A stretch of 55,466 nucleotides of DNA from Candidatus Altiarchaeota archaeon (GTDB lineage Archaea; SpSt-1190). Both the position numbers and the translations under genes were made by a program. Below, piece after piece: positions 43,626 through 51,176 of the stretch; position 1 is the stretch's first letter; the number at the start of each line of letters is the position of its first letter. Below the pieces are notes generated by a model. It made no database searches and had not been told where the DNA came from. It was given only the letters and a program-made list of their open reading frames with translations. The stretch lies in NCBI GenBank assembly GCA_030590165.1, contig JAUUZA010000002.1, positions 1-55,466 of the forward strand, read 5' to 3'.

Positions 43626-45005
43626 GTGATATCAAACTTATTAGTTTGGTTAGGCTATATAACTCTCTTCTTGCTTCTTAAAAATTTAAAAGATTTAAAA
43701 ATTAATTGGCGTATTCTATTTTTATTTTTTTCAATTGCATTAATTTTTAGACTTAGTTTGCCTAAACGATTTATTGCAATAGATGAAATGCACTATCTTT
43801 CTTCAATCGATACACTTTCCGGAAATTTCTTAAGTGGGAAATATGGTTTGTGTAATGTATATCAAGAAGGAAAGTGTGTAAGTGGTTATTCTCAGAATAC
43901 ACTTTGGTCTCCTGGTTTTTTTATTCTTGGAGCACTTTTAACTTTAATTACTCGCGATCCTTGGATTAGTACAACAATAATTAACTTAATTCTAAGTTCA
44001 CTTAGTGTTTATTTAGCATATTCCATTTCTAAAAAACTTGGAAATGTTTATTCAGGAATTGCTGCGGCAATTATGCTAATTTTATTACCAATTCACATAA
44101 AAATTTCTCAAACAGCCCTTTTTGGAATTTCCAACCTTTTTTTTCTTTTATTATTCTTTGAAATGCATTTACAAAAACAACAAAGTTCACTTCTTTCTCT
44201 CGCATACTTTACTATTATTCGACCCGAAAGTTTCATATTAACTCCCTTAATCCTGATATTAACTTGGAAAAAACTAAATAAAAAATACTTGTGGTTGTTA
44301 GTCCTTTTAATTTTATTCGTCACGATAAGGTCTTTACAACCACTTCAAAACGATATTTATTGGTCTTCCACTCTTTCATCACCTTTCTCAAACTTAATGG
44401 ATAAACTAAAATTTAATTTATCATATTTTGTCGACTCGTCATTTATTAATCCTTTAATATTGGGTCTTGCATTATTCAGTTTTAAAAAACGCAAAAAATT
44501 TACCTTACTTTTTATACTTTCTTTTCTATTATTCTCTACTTATAAAATAGGTTATTTTTATACTTTTGATGAAATATCAAAATATGCATTATTACCCTCA
44601 AGTATGTTAATATTAGTAGCAGCAGAAACCATCAATTCAAAAAATAAATTATTGTTTCTATTACCTTTTATGTTCTTTTTTGTGAATTCAATAGATTACA
44701 TAACTTTTAACACCCCCACATCACAGGTAATGGAAATATTAACTACTGAAGGAAACACAATCATTGAAGGGAAAATAATTACTAAACTGACTAATTTAGT
44801 TCACTTTGCTCTCCCAAAAACTGAGATAAATTATGAAAGATTTAAGGGGGAATCTTGGGTAATTGATTCAAACATAATAAATATACGAAAAATCAATATA
44901 CCAAAAAACTGTGAAATTATAGATTTCAAAAGTTTTAAGTTAAATTTTGAAAAATATTTGAACATTTCACACATAAATTGTAATCTTTCTTCCATAATTG
45001 AATGA
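43626..45005 (+). CDS. polytopic GT-C-like glycosyltransferase (ArnT/PMT_2-like), paralog B
   Basis: Multi-TM. First-loop acidic motif IAIDEMHYL, conserved IRPESFI, C-terminal domain with paired Cys (KNCEII...INCNL). GTG start. Confidence 0.4.
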   Translation: MISNLLVWLGYITLFLLLKNLKDLKINWRILFLFFSIALIFRLSLPKRFIAIDEMHYLSSIDTLSGNFLSGKYGLCNVYQEGKCVSGYSQNTLWSPGFFILGALLTLITRDPWISTTIINLILSSLSVYLAYSISKKLGNVYSGIAAAIMLILLPIHIKISQTALFGISNLFFLLLFFEMHLQKQQSSLLSLAYFTIIRPESFILTPLILILTWKKLNKKYLWLLVLLILFVTIRSLQPLQNDIYWSSTLSSPFSNLMDKLKFNLSYFVDSSFINPLILGLALFSFKKRKKFTLLFILSFLLFSTYKIGYFYTFDEISKYALLPSSMLILVAAETINSKNKLLFLLPFMFFFVNSIDYITFNTPTSQVMEILTTEGNTIIEGKIITKLTNLVHFALPKTEINYERFKGESWVIDSNIINIRKINIPKNCEIIDFKSFKLNFEKYLNISHINCNLSSIIE

Positions 45006-45032
45006 CATCTCAAATCCAGAGTAAAATTTAAA

Positions 45033-45530
45033 TTACGGCTCTCGTTCTACTTGATTTTTTTCAAACGGAAAATAATATATTGTTTTTTCTCCTTCACCAA
45101 GTTTTTCGAGTAAACCACCTTTCTCCAAGTCTTCAAGAACCCTCTGAGCTACTGAAAGAGGAATATCAAATTCACTAGCAATGGTTTCTGCACCTTGAGG
45201 ATTTCCGCGAATAAATTTCAAAACCTTCAAATGGTCCGCCGGATAATCAACAAATTTATACATAATGAATGTGCGTTTTCCTATATAATTACTCAAAAAT
45301 GCCGCAAGAGTAGCTGAAGAAGCTAAAATTCCAACCCAAATACCAAAATCAGATTTAATACTATAATCCAAACTAAAAAGAGGAAGATAAAAAGAAAGTG
45401 TTCGAAAATCAATGCCATTAAGAGTCAGAGCCCCAGAAAATACACTCCCTAAAAATGAGAGAAGAAAAAATAATATTAACCCAATAAACATTTGACTTCT
45501 AAGTGTATTCAAAATGACTTGTTTTTTCAT
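45033..45530 (-). CDS. membrane-anchored winged-helix (MarR/ArsR-like) protein
   Basis: Three N-terminal TM helices, then LKVLKFIRGNPQGAETIASEFDIPLSVAQRVLEDLEKGGLLEK. Confidence 0.5.
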   Translation of the reverse strand: MKKQVILNTLRSQMFIGLILFFLLSFLGSVFSGALTLNGIDFRTLSFYLPLFSLDYSIKSDFGIWVGILASSATLAAFLSNYIGKRTFIMYKFVDYPADHLKVLKFIRGNPQGAETIASEFDIPLSVAQRVLEDLEKGGLLEKLGEGEKTIYYFPFEKNQVEREP

Positions 45531-45593
45531 GAAAATACTTTACACCCGAGTTATTATTGCTTTGCTTCTTTATTAAAACCACAAATAGAAAAA

Positions 45594-46589
45594 TTAGTAC
45601 ATCAAAGTTTCAACTTTGTGAAATTTATCTGTTTTTCTTCCTTCCCTAAAAAAATACGAATCAATCTGAGCTGGAGTAACTTTAAATTCCCCATAAAGTG
45701 AATTTAATTTATTTTCAAAATATTTTGTCGCAACAATTGTTGCAGCTCTTATCGAAATTTCAAAAAAACTATTTTGTTTCAAATTAATTCCTGAATCAAT
45801 AAGTTCACTTAACTCTTCATTATATGTTATACCCCCTTTAAGACGTAACCCAGCTGGAATTCTATAATCTGAAGCAACAGTAATTGAATTTATATTAGAC
45901 AAACCCACGCTTTTCTTAAATTTTCTTTCAAGAAGTCCCCCATAAAGTTTCAAAGCCACAAGAGTATTCCGCTTATCAAATCGAACATAAGGGCATTCAA
46001 TATAATCGCTTCCATATGATTCAGGGAATTCATAAGCTAAATTCTCAACTATTTTTTCGGCATCCCATTCACTCTCTTCAAGAAATTTTTCAAAATCTCC
46101 TTCATATTTATTATAAAGTATTTTTCCAAGCTCATTAAAATTTGAAACTCTTTGAGGTTTTAATTTCAAATGTTCTGAATTTTTCCCTCCGTTTTTTAAA
46201 AAAGAATTAAAATCCTCAAGACTCAAGTCACCCATATATTTTGCAAGATTTATTTTTTTACTTTTTTCAGAACTTCCTTTTGAACCAGTATTTATTAAAT
46301 CATTCACTAAACTCATCCAACCTTCTGCTCCTTTTTTATTTTTGTAAATCCAATGCTCATTTTCATCTAACCAAAAACAAGCATTTCCAGAATTCAAATA
46401 AAAAATATATTGCATAAACTCTTCAGATTTTTCTGGAAAGTGACCCCCCACCCATTTAGGGGTTTTTAAAATTTCATTCTCTTCTAAAATGTTCTGAGCA
46501 ATTTCATCAAGTTTTTTAAAATTCACACTTACAGCTTCTTTTCCAAAAAAATTATAATAATCCTTACATGTTTTTTCAACAGGCAACAT
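45594..46589 (-). CDS. DUF2419/QNG1-like (queuosine salvage family) protein
   Basis: C-terminal VASDYRIPAGLRLKGGITYNEELSELIDSGINLKQNSFFEISIRAATI resembles the aDYR.P..L...G.l.Y...L......G..l...s.eE.eIR signature I recall for this family. Confidence 0.5.
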   Translation of the reverse strand: MLPVEKTCKDYYNFFGKEAVSVNFKKLDEIAQNILEENEILKTPKWVGGHFPEKSEEFMQYIFYLNSGNACFWLDENEHWIYKNKKGAEGWMSLVNDLINTGSKGSSEKSKKINLAKYMGDLSLEDFNSFLKNGGKNSEHLKLKPQRVSNFNELGKILYNKYEGDFEKFLEESEWDAEKIVENLAYEFPESYGSDYIECPYVRFDKRNTLVALKLYGGLLERKFKKSVGLSNINSITVASDYRIPAGLRLKGGITYNEELSELIDSGINLKQNSFFEISIRAATIVATKYFENKLNSLYGEFKVTPAQIDSYFFREGRKTDKFHKVETLMY

Positions 46590-46668
46590 ACTTAATCTTA
46601 AACCTATTTTTCAAAACTTTATAAACTTAACTTCCCAGTACTAACCTAAAAATAATTTCACAATAAAA

Positions 46669-47217
46669 TCAATTTCTAATTGTTACCTTTTTCATTACAA
46701 TATCAACTAATGGTTTATCCTGTGCCCCCACTTCAACAGCTCCAATTGCACTCAAAACCTCTTCCCCTTTAATCAAATGACCAAATATAGAGTGATGATT
46801 GTCAAGCCAAGGAGTTGGAACTAAAGTTATAAAAAATTGACTTCCGCCAGTATTAGGACCAGCATTTGCCATTGAAAGCATTCCAGCCTTATCGTGTTTT
46901 AATTCGGGATGAAATTCATCTGAAATGGCATAACCAGGTCCGCCTGTTCCTCGGCCTTCTGGGTCTCCCCCTTGAATCATAAATTCTTTTATAACACGAT
47001 GAAAAATTATTCCGTCATAAAATCCCTTTTCAACTAAATCAATAAAATTTTTTGTCGTAATTGGTGCTCGCTCTTCAAACAATTCTATTTCCATAGTCCC
47101 ATAATTTGTTTCAATAACTGCAATTCTGTTTCCCATATTCTCTTCAAGTTTCTGATTAATTATAAATCCTGTCATTATTGCAAACAAAATACAACTTACC
47201 ACAAAAATTTTATTCAT
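46669..47217 (-). CDS. ppiB: cyclophilin-type peptidyl-prolyl isomerase, N-terminally anchored
   Basis: FHRVIKEFMIQGGDP, GTGGPGY, LSMANAGPNTGGSQFFIT, preceded by a signal anchor MNKIFVVSCILFAIMTGFII. Confidence 0.9.
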   Translation of the reverse strand: MNKIFVVSCILFAIMTGFIINQKLEENMGNRIAVIETNYGTMEIELFEERAPITTKNFIDLVEKGFYDGIIFHRVIKEFMIQGGDPEGRGTGGPGYAISDEFHPELKHDKAGMLSMANAGPNTGGSQFFITLVPTPWLDNHHSIFGHLIKGEEVLSAIGAVEVGAQDKPLVDIVMKKVTIRN

Positions 47218-47301
47218 AATATTTTTTCAATTCTTGTTTTTTAAAGTGTTGTATTTTTTTAGAAATATAAATCTTCATAAAGAAACATTTATCAGAAGTA
47301 T

Positions 47302-48309
47302 ATGTCGGGGGAAAAAAACACAAAAAAGAAAACAGAAACTGCGGAACAAAAAGCAGCAAAAAAAGAAGCACTAAATAGAACAAGAAATTTAAAACAACTT
47401 AAAAAAAGACTTAAACGAGAGAAATTAACTTATAGTCAGATGAGTTCTTTTTTGGGTGTTAGTCAACCAAGAGTAAAGCAGTATCTTGAAATTTTAAGAG
47501 AAACCGGAGTAGAAGTACCTTTCGACAAACAAGGACGTCAACATTATTTTTGGATACCCTCCGTACCATTAAGAAGAAATAAAAAAAATGAATTTGACAT
47601 ACCTAAAGATTCACAAGGATATACTGTTCTTGGCATCATAAGTGATACACACATAGGTTCAAAATATCATAATTCCGAAGCATTAGAAAAAATGTATGAT
47701 GAGTTTGAAAGAAATAAAGTAAAATTTGTTTTAAACGCTGGAGATTTAACGGAAGGCAATGGACGACTATACCGGGGACAACTTCAAGAGGTTAGTCATT
47801 TCGGATTTGAAGCTTTAGTGAAACACACAGTAAAAACATATCCCAAAAGAAAAGGCGTCAGAACTGGAATTATTTCGGGAAATCACGACATGAGTTTTTG
47901 GAATGACGTAGGAGCTGACATTGTAAAACACATATCAAACCAAAGAGACGATTTTGATTATTTAGGACAACTTTCAGGTTGGGTTGATGTTAATTCAATT
48001 GAAATTTATATGGTACATCCAAGCGGGGGAATGCCTTATAGTAGGTCATATAAAATTCAAAAACAAATAGAACAAATGGTAACTAAACCTGATGTATTAG
48101 TAAGGGGTCACTTACATGTTTCAATGTATTTGCCATATGTAGGAGTTCAGGGAATTGAAGCCGGTTGTTTTCAAAATCAAACACCTTACTTAGAAAGAAA
48201 AGGGTTGCGTCCTGAAGTTGGTGGTTGGATAGTAAAAATAAAACAAAATGAAGTTGGCGATTTAAAGGAAGTAATTCCAATATGGAACGACTACTCCAAT
48301 TGTTTTTAA
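47302..48309 (+). CDS. HTH domain fused to a calcineurin-like metallophosphoesterase
   Basis: K-rich N-terminus, HTH LTYSQMSSFLGVSQPRVKQYLEILRETG, then MPE motifs ISDTHIG, AGDLTEGNG, SGNHD, VRGHLH. Confidence 0.65.
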   Translation: MSGEKNTKKKTETAEQKAAKKEALNRTRNLKQLKKRLKREKLTYSQMSSFLGVSQPRVKQYLEILRETGVEVPFDKQGRQHYFWIPSVPLRRNKKNEFDIPKDSQGYTVLGIISDTHIGSKYHNSEALEKMYDEFERNKVKFVLNAGDLTEGNGRLYRGQLQEVSHFGFEALVKHTVKTYPKRKGVRTGIISGNHDMSFWNDVGADIVKHISNQRDDFDYLGQLSGWVDVNSIEIYMVHPSGGMPYSRSYKIQKQIEQMVTKPDVLVRGHLHVSMYLPYVGVQGIEAGCFQNQTPYLERKGLRPEVGGWIVKIKQNEVGDLKEVIPIWNDYSNCF

Positions 48310-48381
48310 TAAACTGAGAGAAGTGAGGTATTAACTAAAATTAATAAAAAAAGTGTGTGAACTTTAAAAAATTAAAAAAAA

Positions 48382-48798
48382 TTAAGTATACATACTTTCA
48401 GAAAATTCACCGAGTTCTAAATCTAACTCAACTGACTTAAGAGTACAATACACATCACCCTTTACAGAAGCATAAAAACGATTCCACGTATCACACTCTT
48501 CTTCATCTCTAATACACTCTTCTTTAAACTTTAACATATCGTTATGATGAATCAAGAGCTCAGCCGTATTACTATATAATTCAATTATTACTTGCGTAGA
48601 TACTGCTTCTTCTTCCTTAAAATCTTCAGGACGTTCAAGCATCAAGGGAGATAATTTATTATGAACTTTATTTATTGCTGAAACAGCATATTTCACATTT
48701 TTATTCAAAACTTTAAGATATTCCTCTAATTGAATTTCTTTCATTTCTTTTCCCATTAATTTAGACACATATTCCTCTCTTTGTTCGAGGGTACTCAT
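48382..48798 (-). CDS. hypothetical acidic protein
   Basis: 138-aa ORF on the same strand as the methyltransferase cassette. No motif recognised. Confidence 0.3.
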   Translation of the reverse strand: MSTLEQREEYVSKLMGKEMKEIQLEEYLKVLNKNVKYAVSAINKVHNKLSPLMLERPEDFKEEEAVSTQVIIELYSNTAELLIHHNDMLKFKEECIRDEEECDTWNRFYASVKGDVYCTLKSVELDLELGEFSESMYT

Positions 48799-48877
48799 AA
48801 TTATTGTATAGTTTGTGGAATTTTAAACTTATTGAAACTTTAGTTTTTTGAATAAAGTATATAAGTTAACTTAAAAA

Positions 48878-48895
48878 ATTAACAAACTTTAAATT
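48878..48895 (+). repeat. 18-nt direct repeat copy 1 (promoter-like)
   Basis: ATTAACAAACTTTAAATT, identical to 50587-50604. Contains a CTTTAAAT TATA-like core. Confidence 0.6.
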
Positions 48896-48937
48896 ACTCA
48901 ACTATTTTTGCTATTGAAAAAAATCAAAAAAATGCAC

Positions 48938-49165
48938 TCAAAAAACTCTTAGTGCAGATTTGAAGTACCCATTTGGAGTCGTACTTGCAATCAGTTCACC
49001 TTCAAACAATGAAACTTCAAATTTCATAAAAACAATGAAATCGAAGAAAAAAATATGTCTCAGTAAATTAATTAATCTGGATTTGATAGTGGAGAAACAT
49101 ACCAAATGGAGTGATGAAGTAATACCTAATGTTAAATGATGTACTCGCAAATATGTTAAGCTCAA
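48938..49165 (-). CDS. questionable small ORF downstream of the methyltransferase
   Basis: 75-aa ORF starting 11 nt after the MTase stop on the same strand. Composition is not convincing, and the region could instead be non-coding. Confidence 0.15.
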   Translation of the reverse strand: MSLTYLRVHHLTLGITSSLHLVCFSTIKSRLINLLRHIFFFDFIVFMKFEVSLFEGELIASTTPNGYFKSALRVF

Positions 49166-49176
49166 TTAAAAAATTT

Positions 49177-50223
49177 TTAAATTTTAATTATTTTAAATGT
49201 CTCTCCAGTTTTTTCAATAACATAACGAATTCGCTCCCTCGTTATTTCAAATATATTATTAAATCCTTTTGTTTCTCCAATAGATTTTGCAGGAAGTTTT
49301 ACAGAACGTTGAATCAATATAAAGTTTCTAGAACCACCGTCCTCCTTATTAAGTTCCAAAACAGCTTGGGCAGTTGTTCCAGATCCTGCAAACACATCTA
49401 AAATTGTATATTTCTTTGAGGGAAAAAATTTCATCATTCGTTTTATCAACCCAACAGGTTCAACCGGTCCAAATACTTGTTCTCCTTTAAAAATATCTTT
49501 TAATTCTTGAACGCCTTTATCATAACGAACTTCTTCGCCTTGCCAAATTGATTCTAAAAAAGGTTCAACAAATGCATTTTTGTCCTTACCTTTAAATCCC
49601 TCAAGCTTTACTGAATTAATATTTTTAGCATAAATCAATAAATATTCAACAGTTTCAATAGGAATTTTTTTTGCCCTAAGTCCAGAGGTTCCACTACGAA
49701 CTGTAATCTGTTGAACAAAATTTTCTTTTCCAAAAATTTCGTCCATCATTACTCTCAAGGTATGATTTTCCTTGAATCCTATAGATGCAAAAATTGCCCC
49801 GTCTTCACTCAATATTTTTCTTGCTAACAAAAGCCTAGAATAAATATAGGTAAACCAATCTTCCCTTGACGGTTTTTCTTTTGATTTAATCCAAGACAAC
49901 CATTCTAATTCAAGGTTACGAAACATAAAAGGAGGATCAAAATAAACAAGTTTCACTTTTCGCTCAGAAGAAAGACACATTAATTTCATAACTTCAAGAT
50001 TATCCCCTTCAACCAAGACATTACCTTTAGGGATTGAAACTTTTGTAATTGGAGCCTTTTCTGCCTCTTTAAACGCAGTCTCTTTATTTGACCAATATAA
50101 AAAAGGGGCAGGCACAACAATTAAACCCTTACTATCTTTATTACATCTCCTACATCTAACGATGGATGAAACAAAGTCTAAGAAAGTGTTTGAGACATAC
50201 TTAATTAAAAAAATTATTTGCAC
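49177..50223 (-). CDS. beta-class N6-adenine/N4-cytosine DNA methyltransferase (Mod-like), orphan
   Basis: VLVEGDNLEVMKLM, motif IV VYFDPPFMF precedes motif I ILDVFAGSGTTAQAVLELNKEDGGSRNFILIQ. This IV-TRD-I order is the beta class, closest in look to type III Mod/COG2189. Confidence 0.8.
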   Translation of the reverse strand: MQIIFLIKYVSNTFLDFVSSIVRCRRCNKDSKGLIVVPAPFLYWSNKETAFKEAEKAPITKVSIPKGNVLVEGDNLEVMKLMCLSSERKVKLVYFDPPFMFRNLELEWLSWIKSKEKPSREDWFTYIYSRLLLARKILSEDGAIFASIGFKENHTLRVMMDEIFGKENFVQQITVRSGTSGLRAKKIPIETVEYLLIYAKNINSVKLEGFKGKDKNAFVEPFLESIWQGEEVRYDKGVQELKDIFKGEQVFGPVEPVGLIKRMMKFFPSKKYTILDVFAGSGTTAQAVLELNKEDGGSRNFILIQRSVKLPAKSIGETKGFNNIFEITRERIRYVIEKTGETFKIIKI

Positions 50224-50227
50224 AAAC

Positions 50228-50467
50228 TTACAGGAACAGTATCAAATAGCTGAGGTACAAAATTACGAATATTAGTATAATATTAAAAATTTTTATACGT
50301 CTTTCTTTTATGACACACCTGTCACATTTTTCCAATTTAATAGTTGAAGTTTTAAATTTCCCTGAATCTCCGGTGGGAGGATATGTATAAAAATTTTCAA
50401 ACCTGTCACAAACACATAATGGAATTGCAAATCCAAGAGAAGTTCCAATGCCTTTCTTATTTTTCAA
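50228..50467 (-). CDS. small Cys-pair protein with C-terminal TM
   Basis: 79 aa: CVC...CDRC then IFNIILIFVILYLSYLILFL. Ends 4 nt before the MTase start. Confidence 0.3.
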   Translation of the reverse strand: MKNKKGIGTSLGFAIPLCVCDRFENFYTYPPTGDSGKFKTSTIKLEKCDRCVIKERRIKIFNIILIFVILYLSYLILFL

Positions 50468-50586
50468 ACAATAATTAATCGTCTCCTTCCTTTCTTTTGA
50501 AACTTCTTTATACCTCTAAACATATTTTTCAACTTCTGAAACAACTTCTTTAAGTATATTAAAAAATTTTAATTAATTTTATAATC

Positions 50587-50604
50587 ATTAACAAACTTTA
50601 AATT
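50587..50604 (+). repeat. 18-nt direct repeat copy 2; likely lemA promoter (TATA-like)
   Basis: ATTAACAAACTTTAAATT. The CTTTAAAT core lies about 25 nt upstream of the lemA ATG at 50625. Confidence 0.6.
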
Positions 50605-50624
50605 TCCCTTCATCAAACAAATAC

Positions 50625-51176
50625 ATGGGAATAGGTTTAACTTTATTGATTGTTACAGCTGTTTTTGTGTTCATTGGGGTAATCTCAGTCTACAACAGAC
50701 TTATCAGTCTGAAAAACGGCATTGAAAACAGTTTCAATCAAATAAAAGTAGCAATGAAAAAAAGGTTTGATGTAATAGGACAATTAGTTGAAACAACAAA
50801 AAGTTATCTAAAATTTGAAAAAAATTTATTTACGGATGTTTCAAAGATGCGGAATTTAAATCTTAATTCTGCAGCTTCTTTGGAAAAAGGAGATAAATTA
50901 GCTAGGGGAGTAATGGGGAGTTTTCTTGCAGTGGCTGAAAATTATCCTAAAACAAAGGGTGCAGAAACAGTAAAGGAACTTCAAGGAAGTATTAAAAATG
51001 TTGAAGATGAGATTAGTAGAATTAGATATCTCTACAACGACCAAGTTCAATCTTTTAATGTAAAATGTGAATTATTTCCGACAAATCTAATTGCAGGAAT
51101 GTTAGGATTTTCAAAAAAAGATTATCTTAAATTTGGAGAAAAAATTGAAAAAAGACCAGACACTAAGGTATTCTAG
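50625..51176 (+). CDS. lemA: LemA family protein
   Basis: N-terminal TM, then YNRLISLKNGIENSFNQIKVAMKKRFDVIGQLVETTKSY...YNDQVQSFN. Confidence 0.85.
   Translation: MGIGLTLLIVTAVFVFIGVISVYNRLISLKNGIENSFNQIKVAMKKRFDVIGQLVETTKSYLKFEKNLFTDVSKMRNLNLNSAASLEKGDKLARGVMGSFLAVAENYPKTKGAETVKELQGSIKNVEDEISRIRYLYNDQVQSFNVKCELFPTNLIAGMLGFSKKDYLKFGEKIEKRPDTKVF

Noticed and set aside
49111-49117. GTGATGA (with ATGATGT 20 nt later) as a C/D sRNA
   Set aside because: No CUGA box lies 10-14 nt downstream of either element.
50499-50553. Three copies of AACTTCT (50501, 50531, 50543) upstream of lemA as a regulator-binding array
   Set aside because: Heptamers of this composition recur by chance in AT-rich DNA. 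The spacing is irregular (30 and 12 nt) and there is no dyad symmetry.
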